From Paraspadella gotoi (Eukaryota; Animalia; Chaetognatha): 64,000 nt of DNA. Of the stretch, positions 13,380 to 27,000 are shown in pieces. Location: positions 20,161,657-20,225,656 of the forward strand of contig CM119266.1 in assembly GCA_051294375.1 (NCBI GenBank). The letters are read 5' to 3'. The notes below the pieces were generated by a model. That model had not been told where the DNA came from. It did no database searches and saw only the letters and a list, made by a program, of their open reading frames with translations. Position numbers and translations under genes: made by a program. Position 1 is the first letter of the stretch. Each line of letters opens with the position of its first letter.

Positions 13380-14070
13380 AAAGAAAATTTATGAAAAAAT
13401 CGGGGAAAAAAAACGAACGAATTATGCGATAACGAATTATTGATGTAATAATAATTTATTGATGTAATAGTAATTTATTGATGTAATAGGAATTGATTAT
13501 TGATGCGATGATAACCAATTATTGATGCGATGATAACCAATTATTGATGCTATGATAACCAATTATTGAAGCGATGATAGTCATTCACTGATGTGATGAT
13601 AGTCATTCACTAGATGCGATGATAGTCATTCATTGACGCGATGAATCATTCATCGTAAATAAAACTAACAAATGCGTGTATGAGTGAAAGAGAGAGAGAG
13701 AAAGAGAGTGAAAGAGAGAGAGAGAAAGAGAGAGAAAGAAAGAGAGAGAGAAAGAAAGAGAATAAATCTAACGAAAATCATGGATGTAAATATGGGATTT
13801 TGTATTTAAAGGAAAAAAATAATCAGAATTTTTCAAAAAAACGAACGATCACGCAAGAGATCGTACAGAGAGAGACAGACACAGAGAGAGAGAGACAGAG
13901 AGAGAGTGAGAGACAGAGAGTGAGAGAGAGACAGAGAGAGAGAGAGACAGAGAGAGAGAGAGATAGACAGAGAGAGAAAGACAGAGAGAGAAAGACAGAG
14001 AGAAGCTGGACAGCCGCTGGACCGCCGCTGCAGAGCTGAACTCGTTTTTAGACGAATCTGAATAAGGTCC
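13380..14070 (+). repeat. Composite dispersed repeat: ~19-21 bp minisatellite, (AG)n, and a conserved CAGCCGCTGCAGAGC..AACTCGTTTTTAGAC end; inverted copy at ~35255-35670
   Basis: The reverse complement of 35260-35520 matches 13500-13690 and 14000-14060. Confidence 0.8.
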
Positions 14071-14239
14071 AACCTCCTTTCCTTTCTATAAATAAATATT
14101 AAAAAATAAATATTAGGGTATAGAGCCGTATAAATGCGATCCTCTTCCCTGATGGTTGCTTAACTTATGAAATTAAAAGACTTTTACATCGCCTTTGCCT
14201 GTTTTATTTACCGTGTGCGTGGGGCACATAGAAAATTCT

Positions 14240-14473
14240 AATGAAAATTGTCAAATTACTTGTTTCGCTATCTCTATTTTTTTAAATTTAAAAATAACTA
14301 TTATTTATGATTTTATTTATTTGTTATATTATTTTTGTGTTAAGTACTTAAATATAATATTATTTATCTATGTTTGAAATGGGGACGTAAGTGTTGTCTT
14401 CTGGAAATAGGGGGTGCATCTATACAACACAAGATTACTTTATGTTCTAGTTTTCTAATTGATATCGTACATC
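14240..14473 (+). repeat. Dispersed AT-rich repeat family (copies ~23975-24360, ~38680-39030, partial 42240-42380)
   Basis: Shared TGAAAATTTGCAAATTACTTGTTTC head and GTGTTGTCTTCTGGAAATAG.GG.GCATCTATACAACACAAG core. Confidence 0.85.
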
Positions 14474-14800
14474 GAAATCTCTAAAGGGGTCCTTTTTGAT
14501 CTCAAAGCCGAGACGCTAAAAGGCATTCATGAGAGCGGTATGGGAAAGTATTTTTATCCAGCTTCCAAACGACGTACTACAGTCTCGACCAAATGTTTCG
14601 GATGAGTGCTTCCTTGCTCGCGACTTTCCATGTAGACATCGGTGATGTTGTTCGCCTCCGAAGAATTTAAAATGAGCAGCAGATGATGGAGTTCTTTTTC
14701 GAAGCGACGTAACTCGACTCGACTTACCAAAAATTGATTTCATAAACTGTGCTAGTAAATTAACATGCAAATGTTAAGAGAAGTGGGAATGGCGCCAATA

Positions 14801-15008
14801 TGACTCACCCTCAGAGAACGTAAAATTTCACCGCTACATAAATAATTGTTTTCAGATGTATAATATATATATTCCCGTTGTGTAAATCATGTGACCCTCA
14901 CGCCAATGAAGAAATTTCATAAAAACTCTGTAAATAAATTGTGAGACTGAGACGTCCAGAGCGTGCTTGGGGGCTCATGACGTCAAAATAAAAGTTACGG
15001 GCGGGAAA
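14801..15008. promoter_or_regulatory. Candidate KMT2C/D proximal promoter motifs: AP-1 TGACTCA (14801), CRE TGACGTCA (14978), E2F-like GGCGGGAAA (15000)
   Basis: Consensus matches just upstream of ATG 15033. Short motifs like these can occur by chance. Confidence 0.3.
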
Positions 15009-15032
15009 TAGAAAAGAATTCGTTCGAAGATC

Positions 15033-18000
15033 ATGCCCCAAAATCCGGTGCCGTCAATATCTACGGCGCCACAGTCAGAAAACGCTGGCGAGTTGGCTCG
15101 TTCCTCTTCAGGGCCTCCCTTGGGATTTGCCGAGGCGCTCTTGACCCGCGGCGCGGCCTTTGCCGCCGCCATGGCAAGCGCACCGAAACGTGGTCCCGGA
15201 CGACCCAGGAAGGATGGCGCTTCGCCGGTGACACGGAAATCCCGGTAAGGACTATGGAATAATAATAATAATATAATTAAACCATCAAAAATTTTTAAAA
15301 TAAAAATTAAAACAGTAGCCTGAAAAAAAGTTTTAAACCAAGTAAATTTTTGAAAATGAAGAACGGTTCTATGCGATCTCTAACTTAAGCTTAATTTATT
15401 TATAACTTATTAACTTATAACTTTTTTCCAAATAATTCCATTTTTTTTAATGTTATGCGTAACAGGCCTTCGTCGTCATCTTCTTTACGCGGCGGTGATC
15501 TCGAAGCCCTCCTCGGCGGTCCGTCGTCTTATGGAGGTCGCGGGCGAGGTCGTGGGCGTGGGATGCGTGACCCTTTCGGTCGAAGTAGCGTCCTCCACCC
15601 TTCGCTACATCAGTCGCTCTCCCTCGGTGCGTCACCTAACCGAATGGGTTTGGACCTAGGACCCGACGATCTCTTTCAGGTGAGATTTTTAAAAAATTTT
15701 TAAAAAGTTTTAAAAATGTTTTGACCTCAAAATTATAGCAAGCTTTTCATTTAACGTTACTAGGGTATTGAAAATTCCATGGAAGCGTCACTCATGATGG
15801 AGGAGGAAAATGCTATGTTGGAGTCAGGTACTGCTATACTGTGATTTTGGATCTACAATTTTAATTACATTTTTTTACCTCAACTAATAGTTTCAAATAA
15901 ATTGCCTTGACAGAATCCTCGTTCCTGCTTCGGGGAATGGATCCCGAAGAGCTGGCGAATTTTTTGCCAGATACTTTGGATCCTTCGCTCGAAGGCGGAT
16001 TCGAGGCGCTGGACCGTTCATTGCCGGAAGCCGCTCGTCTCTGCGCCTTTTGTAACCTTGGAGAACGATCGCTCCTTGGGCAAGGGAACCTCACTAGATA
16101 CGAACCAACCCCAGGATTTTCGCCGTTTCGATTCGAAGCCGCGGCAGGGAAGAAAAAGAGGATCGATGATATAAAAGACGACGCATCGCAGGGTAAAGTA
16201 CCAATTTTTTTCTAGATTATTTAAAGCAAAAGGAAATAAATTTTTTAACGATAAAAATTTATTCTGTCGTATCCCAAAAAGGAAACGTCGCTTCTCTATC
16301 TATGTATAAGTAAACATTTTTAACTACTATATAAAATACTTTAAAATGTAAAAACTTAAAGTTCTGAAACATTTTATTTAACAATTTTCAAAAGCAAGTC
16401 AATTTTCATCAAAGACTTAATAGTAAATATTAGTCTAAACTAAAGAAAAACTTGCAATAATGTCGTGCAATGTATAGACAAAAACTCTTATTATCCCGCC
16501 CAAATTTACTCCCCAGGCGGCAGAGGTGGCAGTCCCAAGCCATTAACTTGGCGTCGTCAGCGCGGCACCAATGCCGGTGGGCGTGGGGCTGGCACGGGCG
16601 GCGTTCGATCGCCGCGGCGTGTCAATCCCCACGCAGTGACGGACGATGAAGGACGTCCGCTCGCCGTTCTCGTCGATGAACTGAATTCCGTCGGGTTTCA
16701 AGAGGAGATCGACCCAAACCAAATTTTTTTGCCAACAGGTCAGAGGTCGCATTGATTAGATAACGAATGTTTAACATTAAAAAACATTCTGTCGATCATT
16801 AGGTCACGTAGTGGCTCATCACTGTTGCGCTGCCTGGTCAGATATGGTCGTTCAAAACGATGACTACAAGTTAAAGAACGTGGACAAGGCAGTCATGCAG
16901 GCGCTTCAGGAGAAATGTTCATATTGCAATAGGTTTGTTAAGTATTACTGAACGTTATGATACGGTTATCTTTTTAAAAGTCATTTAATAGAATATTACA
17001 TGAAGTATAATCATAACTCACTATTTTATGGACAGTGATTTTACGCGAATAAGTATGCACATTCTTTCTTTTTTTTGCAGATATGGGGCGAGTGTTCAAT
17101 GTGTAATTGAGCACTCTATCGATGAAGGTGGCGATTTAGACCCTGATGAAGAACTTCGACCAATGACGCAACGTTGCACTAAAACATATCACTATCCATG
17201 TGCCGCTGCCGCCGGTTGCTTCCAGGCCATGAAGAGGTTATTTATATACTATATAAATATAGATTGCGTTCAATTAATAGCAATAGTTAAAAGTATGCAT
17301 AGCAAAAGAGAGTTTGATAAATCTTCTGAATCCACGAGAATCCGATTTCAATCCATGGGAATCCGATTTTCATTCGCGAGATTCTGCTTCCAACAAATGA
17401 ATGCGGGGCTATGCATCTCCCTGGAAAACAAGAATTACTTTACTCCATTTAAGGGATGTTTATAGTATTTTATAGTTTAAAATATTTAATATAGGTTGGA
17501 ACTCCTTTGTACCGAACATGCGCGCGATGCGACGGCCAAAGCCTCTGTCGACGTCGACGCCCTATGCGTCGTCTGCGAACGCGTCGGGGACATCGGAGAA
17601 CAATTGTTCTGCACCTCCTGTGGCCTCCATTACCATGGCGGATGTTTAGATCCCGCGGTTGAGGTATTTTTTCTTATTTTTAGAATACTTTGATTGATTG
17701 ATTGGTTGATTGATTATTTGATTTTTTTTTAGGTTTCACCTGCCGTTCGTGCTGGGTGGCAATGTCCCGAATGTAAAATATGTCAGACTTGCCGAAATCC
17801 TGGGGACGACAACAAGATGCTCGTATGCGATACCTGTGACAAGGGTTACCACACCTTCTGCCTAAAACCCATTATGACAACTATTCCTAAAAACGGGTGG
17901 AAATGCAAGGTGCTTATGGTTTATCGTTGTTTTCTCACTGCATAACAGGAAGTTAAGAAATATTGTTTTCTTCAAGGTCCAACTTATGATATAACTTTAA

Positions 18001-21000
18001 TTTAAAAAAAAAATTATTATATAATTATTTATTATATATGAAATTGGTACAACCAATATATAATACGATATATAATATTACTATTAGTATTTTAATATTT
18101 TTATGACAGTTTTGAGACTTACTCATAAACTGTTTTCGAATCCCGTTTTTACTTGTTTTCGGTGTGATATTAGTGTTAAAGTGTGATATTAAAGTGTGAT
18201 ATTACTGTTAAAGCTCACGATCACTAAAAACCGTCGTAACCCATGTTGAAACTGTCATCTCCGCTAGCGAGAGAATAAACATTTCTCAAGTGCTTCTAAT
18301 TTTTTTCTTACAGAATTGCCGAGTCTGTACAGATTGCGGATCTCGCACTCCTGGTTCTGGCCTTTCATCTCGATGGCACAATAATTATTCCGTTTGTGAT
18401 AGCTGCTATCAACAACGCAACAAAGGACTTTGTTGTCCGCTTTGTGGCAAGGCCTATCGCACTTTCAATCAACAGAAAAGTAATCTCGTTCAATGCGCTT
18501 ACTGCAAAAAGTGCGTTCATTCTGAGTGCGATCCCGACATGCCTTCCGAGCTTTTAAATTTAGCGTCGCAAGGAAAAGATTTGTACGGGTTGTATTGCTG
18601 TCCAATATGCAAAGAAAGGGGTCCCGACGAGGTAAAAAGCACTGCTTGTAAACCAGATTAAAATCTCCGTCAATTTATTAAATTGGCTTTCTTATATTTC
18701 CACTTTTCCTTTCTCAAGTTACCTTCCGACTCGCCGCGACTCTCGCTAGATTCGACGAGTTTGACGCCAAACGAAGACTTGGAAGAAGTTGAGGAGATGA
18801 TGGATGACTTGGATGACATAGACTACGAAGAAATGGAAGAAGAATTAGCGGAAAGAGGACTGATTGGTGATGAAGATTACTCTATACACAAAGGTAAATA
18901 AAGTTAAATAAAAAACCTCGCTTTCGCATTTGTTAAATAGAATCTAATTACTCTCGGTATTAACTTTAACTAAAGATAATTTTATATATATTTTTTATTT
19001 TATATTTATATTTACAAAAACATAAAACTCTTGGTTTGTCACCCGTTATTAGAATAAGCCCTGTTTTTCTTTGGACTCAGTGAAACACGATTCAGGCGCT
19101 ATCGAAGATCAGGAATCCCTTTTTGACATGGAGGATTCCACCTCCTCCCTCGATTTGGATTCTGACGATGTCGGTGCAATTCACTCCACCACATCTCATT
19201 CCTCCATATCCGCTCAACTTAAACGTGCGGCTTCGACATCTTCTGGAGTGGCCGCAGCACTCCTGGACCAGATTCCACACCTCAAGACCGCACGTGAATC
19301 CGGAAGCGCCTCACCAACCATGAGCGACAGAAGGACCACATTGGTGAGTTTGCACCATACTCAATGAAAAATTAAAAAACAACAATACAAAATCCCTTTT
19401 TTACATTTTCATTTATTTAAAAATTGATTCAGGTGTTGTTTTTAACGAATAAAATTTATGCAAAAGAACTTCTATTCATTTTTATCGTCACTATTTAATC
19501 AAGAGTAAAATTATTAGGGTCTTGACTGGTCTGGACAAAAATTCGGAATGGGGGGAAAAGGAAAGCCGCTGGCAAGCGTGAAGATAAGTCAACGGGATGG
19601 TAAGATGGGGCGGAAGCGTGGTGGAGGTGGCGTCAGCAATAAAAGACGCGGTGGTGGGGCCGCTGCCGCAGCCGCCGCTGCAGCCGCAATGCATCCTGTT
19701 ATGTCTTCCTTCGGATTTTTCGAGCGTGAGGTTTGTTGTCAAAAAATTCGCTTCATTAATATAAATATTTGGTAAATTTATTTTTTAACGCATTTTGAAA
19801 GCGTGACCGAATGCGTTTCGGAAAAATCGAACGGAGCTACAACTTTGACGCGGCCACTGCTTCCGGCATGAGATCGCTGGGTGGCGCCTCACCGTCGACG
19901 GACTCCAGATACAGGTAATTCAAAATTTACTAAAATAGGAATCATATATATAATTTATAAATTATTGTACATATTAATACATTTTAAACAGTTTTCACAA
20001 TAAAATAAGTGTGTATTTCTTTTCCACAAGACTTGCACTTTACGTTCTTGGTTTTCGCAAGTTCTCGTCCGTCATGCCATTCACTGGGCCAAGCGGCATT
20101 TCGGCAGAATGGACATAAAGAATTCGATAGATAGTAAAGTCCGGGAAACCATAAAAGCATGCTTTCCATTTCCTGCAGTTGGAGATATTTAAATAATAAA
20201 TTGTGGCGATATATTCACCCCGCCTTACCAACTTGAATCGGCCTATCCCGGTGGCTCATCGGGGTAACACACCATCCTAACTGTGCATTCTATTTAGCAA
20301 GCGAGACGTTACTGGTATATCCACCCCATAGGCAAAGGTGGCCACTGAGGGATCAAAGCCCCCAATGCCTACAAGTGAGGCGGGCATCACAGGTAAAGCG
20401 TCTCTCTCTTGAGGCCTTCTCTCGAGCAAGCAACTGTTGCGCCAAGTACGCCTTCCACGCCTATATTTATATCCATATGTGCATTGCACACCTCCGCACC
20501 TCCGACTTCCTTTAGCCGATTTCAATGGCTCAAGGAGGGAACGCACCAATGGCGCATCATACCAACTGTTTGTTCTATCCACAGTCTTAACTACTTCCCA
20601 CTACGTTGGGAGAGCGTGACGGACTGACGTTATTAATGTAACCTCGCTAGTGGCAGGCATAGCCACTGTGGGTCTGGGGCATAGAACACCATAAAAATCG
20701 AATAACGTTACTTAAAAAAATTATGGGCAAAAAAAATATTAAAAATGTTATATTTTCTAAGTTTTCTACTTATTTTTTTGTTATCCCGTCTTTTGCACCT
20801 TCAGGATCGGAGTGAAAATTCCCCACATCTTATTATAAGCGTTTACATCATCCACAGATTTGGCGTTCAAATCAATGATTTGAAATTTTAAGGACGTTTT
20901 GATACTAGGTGTGCATCCGCTTTTTTTCGTATCCCGTTGCAAAGCAAGAATTACGACTCCGTAAGCACCGTCGGTAGTTTTGGCCCAAACCCCGTCTTTC

Positions 21001-24000
21001 CAAATGTTGACAAATGTCAAAGTTTTTATAACCTGAAAGAAAAAAAAAGAGCAACTGGGATGAAAATTAAAATGATTTATATAAATTCGGTATTCAATTT
21101 ATTATGCAATTATTTGCCTGGTGAATGTGAGACACCGATCTTGCCCAAATTCCAGGAGGGCTAAACACCGGAAAATAGAATTCTGCGGACAAAATAGGAA
21201 ACTTCTTAGCATCGTTGGAATCCAACAATCCTAAGCTTTTCAAATGATTCTCGACATTGTTACTAGCTTTGTTTTCCAGAAGGTACGGAATTTTGTAAAA
21301 CTTTGGCTCAATCTTTGAATCTCCTTTACCCCCCTTTTCGGACCATTCCGCAGTGAAAGAATTTGGGTCGATGGAAAAACGTCCTTTTGGGAGCTCATCT
21401 GGTTGATGCTCTTCAATTTTATCTATCGGAAATCCGATCTTGTAGGATATAACTAATGTTCCTATCAATTGAGAGAATTTGTCGAACTTCAAAATATAAT
21501 CCGGCATTACGCTTTTCCAGAGCTGCTTTAGGATATCTACGCTCATTACCGCCCACTCAAGGAAGCCTAAACACTGCTCGTAACCGTATTCTTCTGGGGG
21601 GATCTTCTTTGATTGGGCGGCCATTTGCATCACCGTTTCCCGATCTAACAGACTGTAAAGCGTATCAATAAACCACTGAGTGTTCAGGAAAATAATGTCG
21701 TCCGCGTGGTCGCCTTGTTTCCCCATACCGAACCAAAATATTTTTCCTCGAGAATGAAGATGCTTTGCGACTTCCATGAGACCTTGTTCGTTGTTACCAC
21801 ACATAGACTTGAACTTGGTTGTAAATTCTGAAAATCGTAACATTGGCACTTCCATTGTACACATAACTTGTTGAACTGCGCGTTCTACCTCGAGAACATT
21901 TGGAGTAATGGGTTTTACATATTCCCCGAAAAAGCTGGGATGAAAAGAAGCAGCTTTAACAAGATTTAAGTAATCCTCGAGTCCTTTCAACCCTGGGCCT
22001 ATTCTAACTACGTTTTCATGAATTAGTGGTAGGCGTGTCTTGTATTTTCTTAATGTTTGAAGCTTCATGTTAGCCACGATTGATAACTTCGGTTCTCCTA
22101 TAGCTTCAAGATCATCCAAGAGCGTCTTTAACTCTTTCTCTCTTGCATTTAAAAAGTTGCTGAGATATTTTTCGACTCTAAGCACTAAATATTCGGCATC
22201 CTTGTTGACCATTTCTTCACCGAACATGCCAACAGGAATAATTATGCAGGCGTCGGATGAGTACGTCATGACCATGTCGATCCATAGACCGAGTATCTCA
22301 TACTCGAAGTCGCTTTGGAATTCAAACATGTTGAAAACTAGGTTTACTAACATCTGTTCGTGTCTAATGAAAACGAAGTCGAGAGTAGCATTTCTAATTG
22401 TTCCACTGAATTGCCACAGAGAACAATGAACGACGCGATGGTCATTTGCGCTCATTAAGGCATTAAGGTAGTAGTCGTATACTGACAACCATCGTCTCAT
22501 TCTAAGATTGTGTTCCACAATCCTTTGGCGGAAATCGAGACCGAATTCGCCGCATAGTACTTCGCTAAATTCAGTCATCCCTGAATCGGCTCCTCCCAAA
22601 ACAATTATCTTCATACCCCGATACAGACATTTTTCGAGTCGCTCGTCATACTCTAGCAAATAACGCATCAAGCGAAAGTTGCTGTTTCGATATTCCTCAA
22701 TATTTCGGAAGCATGACAGCGGATTTCGCGAAAAATCCCACTCTTTTAGGTTTCGACCGGCAGAAAGATCTTTCAAAATATTTGATGGGATGTACCGGAT
22801 CCAATTTTGTTGAAAATCAACATCATTAAAATAGAGATAAATTTTTGGTAAATTGCAAATTCTATTTTCACTGAGATCTATAAAATGCGATTGGGGTTGC
22901 TGTGATACCTTAACTGGCTTTGACTTCGTACGTTCTTGTTTTTCGTTTTCGGGAATGTTAATTTTAAAAATATAATTTCCTTTCATGTTTACGGTTTGCA
23001 AGGTTGTGTTTTGAAGAATACCAGCATTTAACGAGCGTAAACCATTGTAGGAAAAGTTGACATCAGTCAGTTTTGGAAATAAAGCTAAATCTGTCGAAAT
23101 AAATAACTATAAATATTTTTTTATATAAAATATTGTCAGACAGCATGTACTATTACTTGTAAGATAAAAATTAAATTACAAATCATGAATGGTTATGTAT
23201 GAAGCTATAAATTGTTCATTGTTTGACTTATAATTTGACTTATAAGATAGATTAATTGCGAAAATCAGTTTTTTTTCTCTGTTTGTGAATTAAATTACCT
23301 GTTATTATTGCAGTAATATGGTTATGACTGCAGTTGATAACTTGCAAGCTCTTTAATTGATTTTTTCCGTCGCTAATACCCACGTCAAACAACAAGAGCC
23401 GGTTGTATGAAATATCTATCGATTCCATTTTAGTACAATTATTTAATCCTGTAATTTGATATATGTTGACGTTATTCAAATAATGATTGATAAGTGAAGC
23501 TCAATTTTTTTTGAACCTTTTATATCGTGAATTCGGTTATTCTTTGCTTCCATTCTTTGCAAACTTGGTAATTGACCGAAGACAGCCGGAACTGAACTTA
23601 ATCTATTATTGTTTATTTTTAGCAATCTAAGTTTTTGACAGTTTTTCATCTCTTCAGGAAAGGATTTATCTTGAAGTTGATTATCAGAAAAATCGCAAGT
23701 ATGCAAAAGTGTCATATTACCAATTCTACAATTTTGTATAAAATTTTATAATCAATTGATAAGTCTTAAATACATATTTTCAGGGTGTCATTTTTTTGCC
23801 TGGGATCAATTGTAGTAAGATTTAAGTGGACGAGGGAGAGATGTTCTAGCCGCTCAAGGTTCCATGTTTTTTCCAATCCGTCAGCCCTCTGCTCGGCTTT
23901 ATCTTGATTCACCATTTTGAGATCTACAACCGTTCGAATAATTTTACCGGCTGACTTCATGTCAAGTCTGAAAAATGAAAATTTGCAAATTACTTGTTTC

Positions 24001-27000
24001 ACTATTTTCTATTTTTATATTTTATGAAGGATTTAGTATTTAATCTTATTATTTAATCAAATATATATTGCTCTCTTTCTTAAAAATATTTTATATATCT
24101 AATAATTCAATTTGGGAAGGGGAAGTCAGTGTTGTCTTCTGGAAATAGAGGGAGCATCTATACAACACAAGGTTAGATTACTATCTGTCCTAGTTTTCTA
24201 ATAGATATCACACATCATTTCTGTTAGAAAGTCATTAATGAAAAATCATAATATCTAATAGGCTGAACAGAAAGGGGTGGGAATGGATAATTTTTTGAGG
24301 GGGGACCAAAGTTATATATGATTTTTTTTTTACCAATAGGGATAAGACTACCATGTAGAATTGTATGTATAATAAAATTCTTGGCATAATAAAGAAACAA
24401 CTTTGAATTAAATTTAAATTTTCAGCATTTAAGCAATTTATAAATCTATTAGCATATTTTTTGCAAAAAATGTTTTTCCAGAGGCTACTAAACTAACCAA
24501 ATAACCAAACACTTAGGGTTACTAACCAAAAGTGTTTTAAATCATTATATGATACAATTAAAAATAGTAAAAAAATTTAATATATAAGCTTGTATAAAAA
24601 AATAATTGTTGCTATCAAAATTACAATATTACTATATAATGATAAAAAAAAATTTTAACTAATCTTAACTTTTTTTGATGGATTCTGATAGAGCATAAAA
24701 AAATATAACTACAACTTTCAAAAACTTTTATGTTTTCTTGGTCAAAATTAAGAAAAAGTAATAAAATTATCGAAAGATGATGATGATTATAAATAGTTTT
24801 TCATATTTTTCACCCACTTATGATCAAAATATCGAAAAAAGAATTATACTTTGTGTAGATAACTTTTTGCAAGCTTCCTGAATCTGATCTTAAAAATAAA
24901 AAAATCATAAAAAAACTTTTAGCCTTTCTTATTTATAAATAAGTATTAAAAAATTAATATATGGAGTATGGAGTAATATTAAAAATTTTTGTCTATTCAG
25001 ATTTTTTAAAAAATGTCTAAATTTTCGTTTGAGCAGGTGCTTAATTAAAATATCTTAACCACCTTACTGAGTTAGGCTCCCCCTAAGCCTTAGTAAAAAA
25101 TTAATTTTCGTTTAAAAAATAATATTAAAAAATAATATTAAAAAATGATCTTTTAATTACTGTTGTTTTACTAAAAATCAAAAAAACTAATTTTCCCGCC
25201 CACAACCCCCGGGCCTTTTGTCTTTGGGGAGGGCATCAAGTCTACCTGTCAACACGCCCCTGGGCCTGGTTCTACCAATTTCATATTAGAAGTTTTAGTA
25301 TAACTAAAATATTGGTTGAATCAATTTCAAAATCGTCTACCCCTTGTAATAATCATAATGATAATGAATTCTAACCAACCGTTGTAGTTCTGGGCTTCGT
25401 TGGCCATGTTGGCGCAATAAGACCAAGGGAGCTTCTGTTCCTTCGAGCGGTTTGCTTGGTGGAGGAGGTTCTTTAATTTCTTCTTCCAACCATTCTTCCT
25501 CCTCTTCTCTTGCTAATTCCTTTTTGATTTACGCAAAATATTTTTTAACCGATGGTTTTAAATGAGACACTATTAATGAAAATTAGTTCTTAAAAATATT
25601 TTAATTTTTATATTTTTCAATTGCACTGAGGCTGACCTCAACTTCGTCGTAAGTCGACAAACCAAGAACTTGCGTTCGCGTTTTCTTTTTAGCTTTTTCT
25701 ACCCCCTTTTTCCCACCCGGTCCTAAAGCGTTAGTTTTCGGGTTTTTGGGGGGCATTCCTATACTCGCGAGAAGTAACTTGATTCTTTTTACCTATCGAG
25801 ACGCGATAGACTCACTATCTAAATCTCATGATCTATGATAAAACTATAATATTTCATTGAGTTTCTCATTTATAATCTCCTTTTTACATTTTTTCAAACG
25901 CAGTTCGCTGATGTCCGAGGCGTCGCAACGCGTCGTGGCGGCGGTGGCAGCAGCAGAGCGCTTCGACGCCGTCCGCGAATCGAGGCTAAGCGAAAGCGAG
26001 ACGTCGTCCGTCGAGGGGCGAGATGTCGAAGCTCGTCGAAAACGGGGCCCAAAAAAAGGGCTCTTCAAGCGAGACGGAATCCAGGCAGCGATCCAGGCCA
26101 GTCTGCAGGGTGTCAAGTCCGGGGTCGACAAGGACGAGGACGACCATCACGTGACGCCAATTCTGGTATCCTCTTCGGACGAATTTTCTCTGTCTCAGGT
26201 GAATTAACCTGTTTATGAATAATCTCGGTACAACTTAATTTTTGTTACGCTCAATCTTCTTGCATGTAATTCCAAAATAATGCGAATTGTAGGACATGTG
26301 TCTCAGCTGTGGGTCTTTTGGGGCCGGGGAGGAAGGTCGACTCATCGCTTGCTCGCAGTGTGGCCAATGCTATCATCCGTATTGCGTCAACCGAAAACCC
26401 ACAAAGGTCATCCTTCAGAAAGGCTGGCGTTGCCTCGAATGCACTCTTTGTGAGGGTTGCGGCAAGAACGACGACGAAGCCCGTCTATTGCTTTGCGACG
26501 ACTGCGACGTCTCTTACCATACTTATTGCCTAGATCCTCCATTGGATCACGTGCCAAAGGGTAAGACGAGGGAGTCTTAATGCCTTAGGGCTGGTGAAAC
26601 GTTAGTTTATCAACGACCTCTTTCTATTAGGAACTTGGAAGTGCAAATGGTGCGTATTTTGTGTGGATTGCGGAACGACGTCTCCGGGAATTTATTGCGA
26701 TTGGCAAAATAACTACAGTCAATGCGGTCCTTGCGCCGCCATGACCATTTGCCCAATTTGTAAAAGACATTATAGGGAGGAAGACTTGATTATATTATGC
26801 ATGCAGTGCGACCGATGGGTTCACGCAGGTTCGAAAACAAATTTAAAAACACTTTTTTGTTTGAATTGTGTCTGGTGGCGCTTTCACCACAGACGAATTA
26901 AAATGTTTTCTCGGCGCCTCAGCAGACTACTATCTAGGAAAAAAGTATATCACATAATTGTTATAGGTTTATTTATTCAATAAAAAATATATAAAATATA

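Noticed and set aside
13430-13650. CRISPR-like array
   Set aside because: Head-to-tail minisatellite without unique spacers, in a eukaryotic context with no cas genes.
11261-14072. K/R/E-rich or S/L/F-rich ORFs (11261, 11312, 13680, 13833; also 48572, 63787)
   Set aside because: These are translations of microsatellites.
14580-14640. Penelope-type hammerhead (minus-strand CGAAACATTTGG)
   Set aside because: No upstream CTGANGA core.
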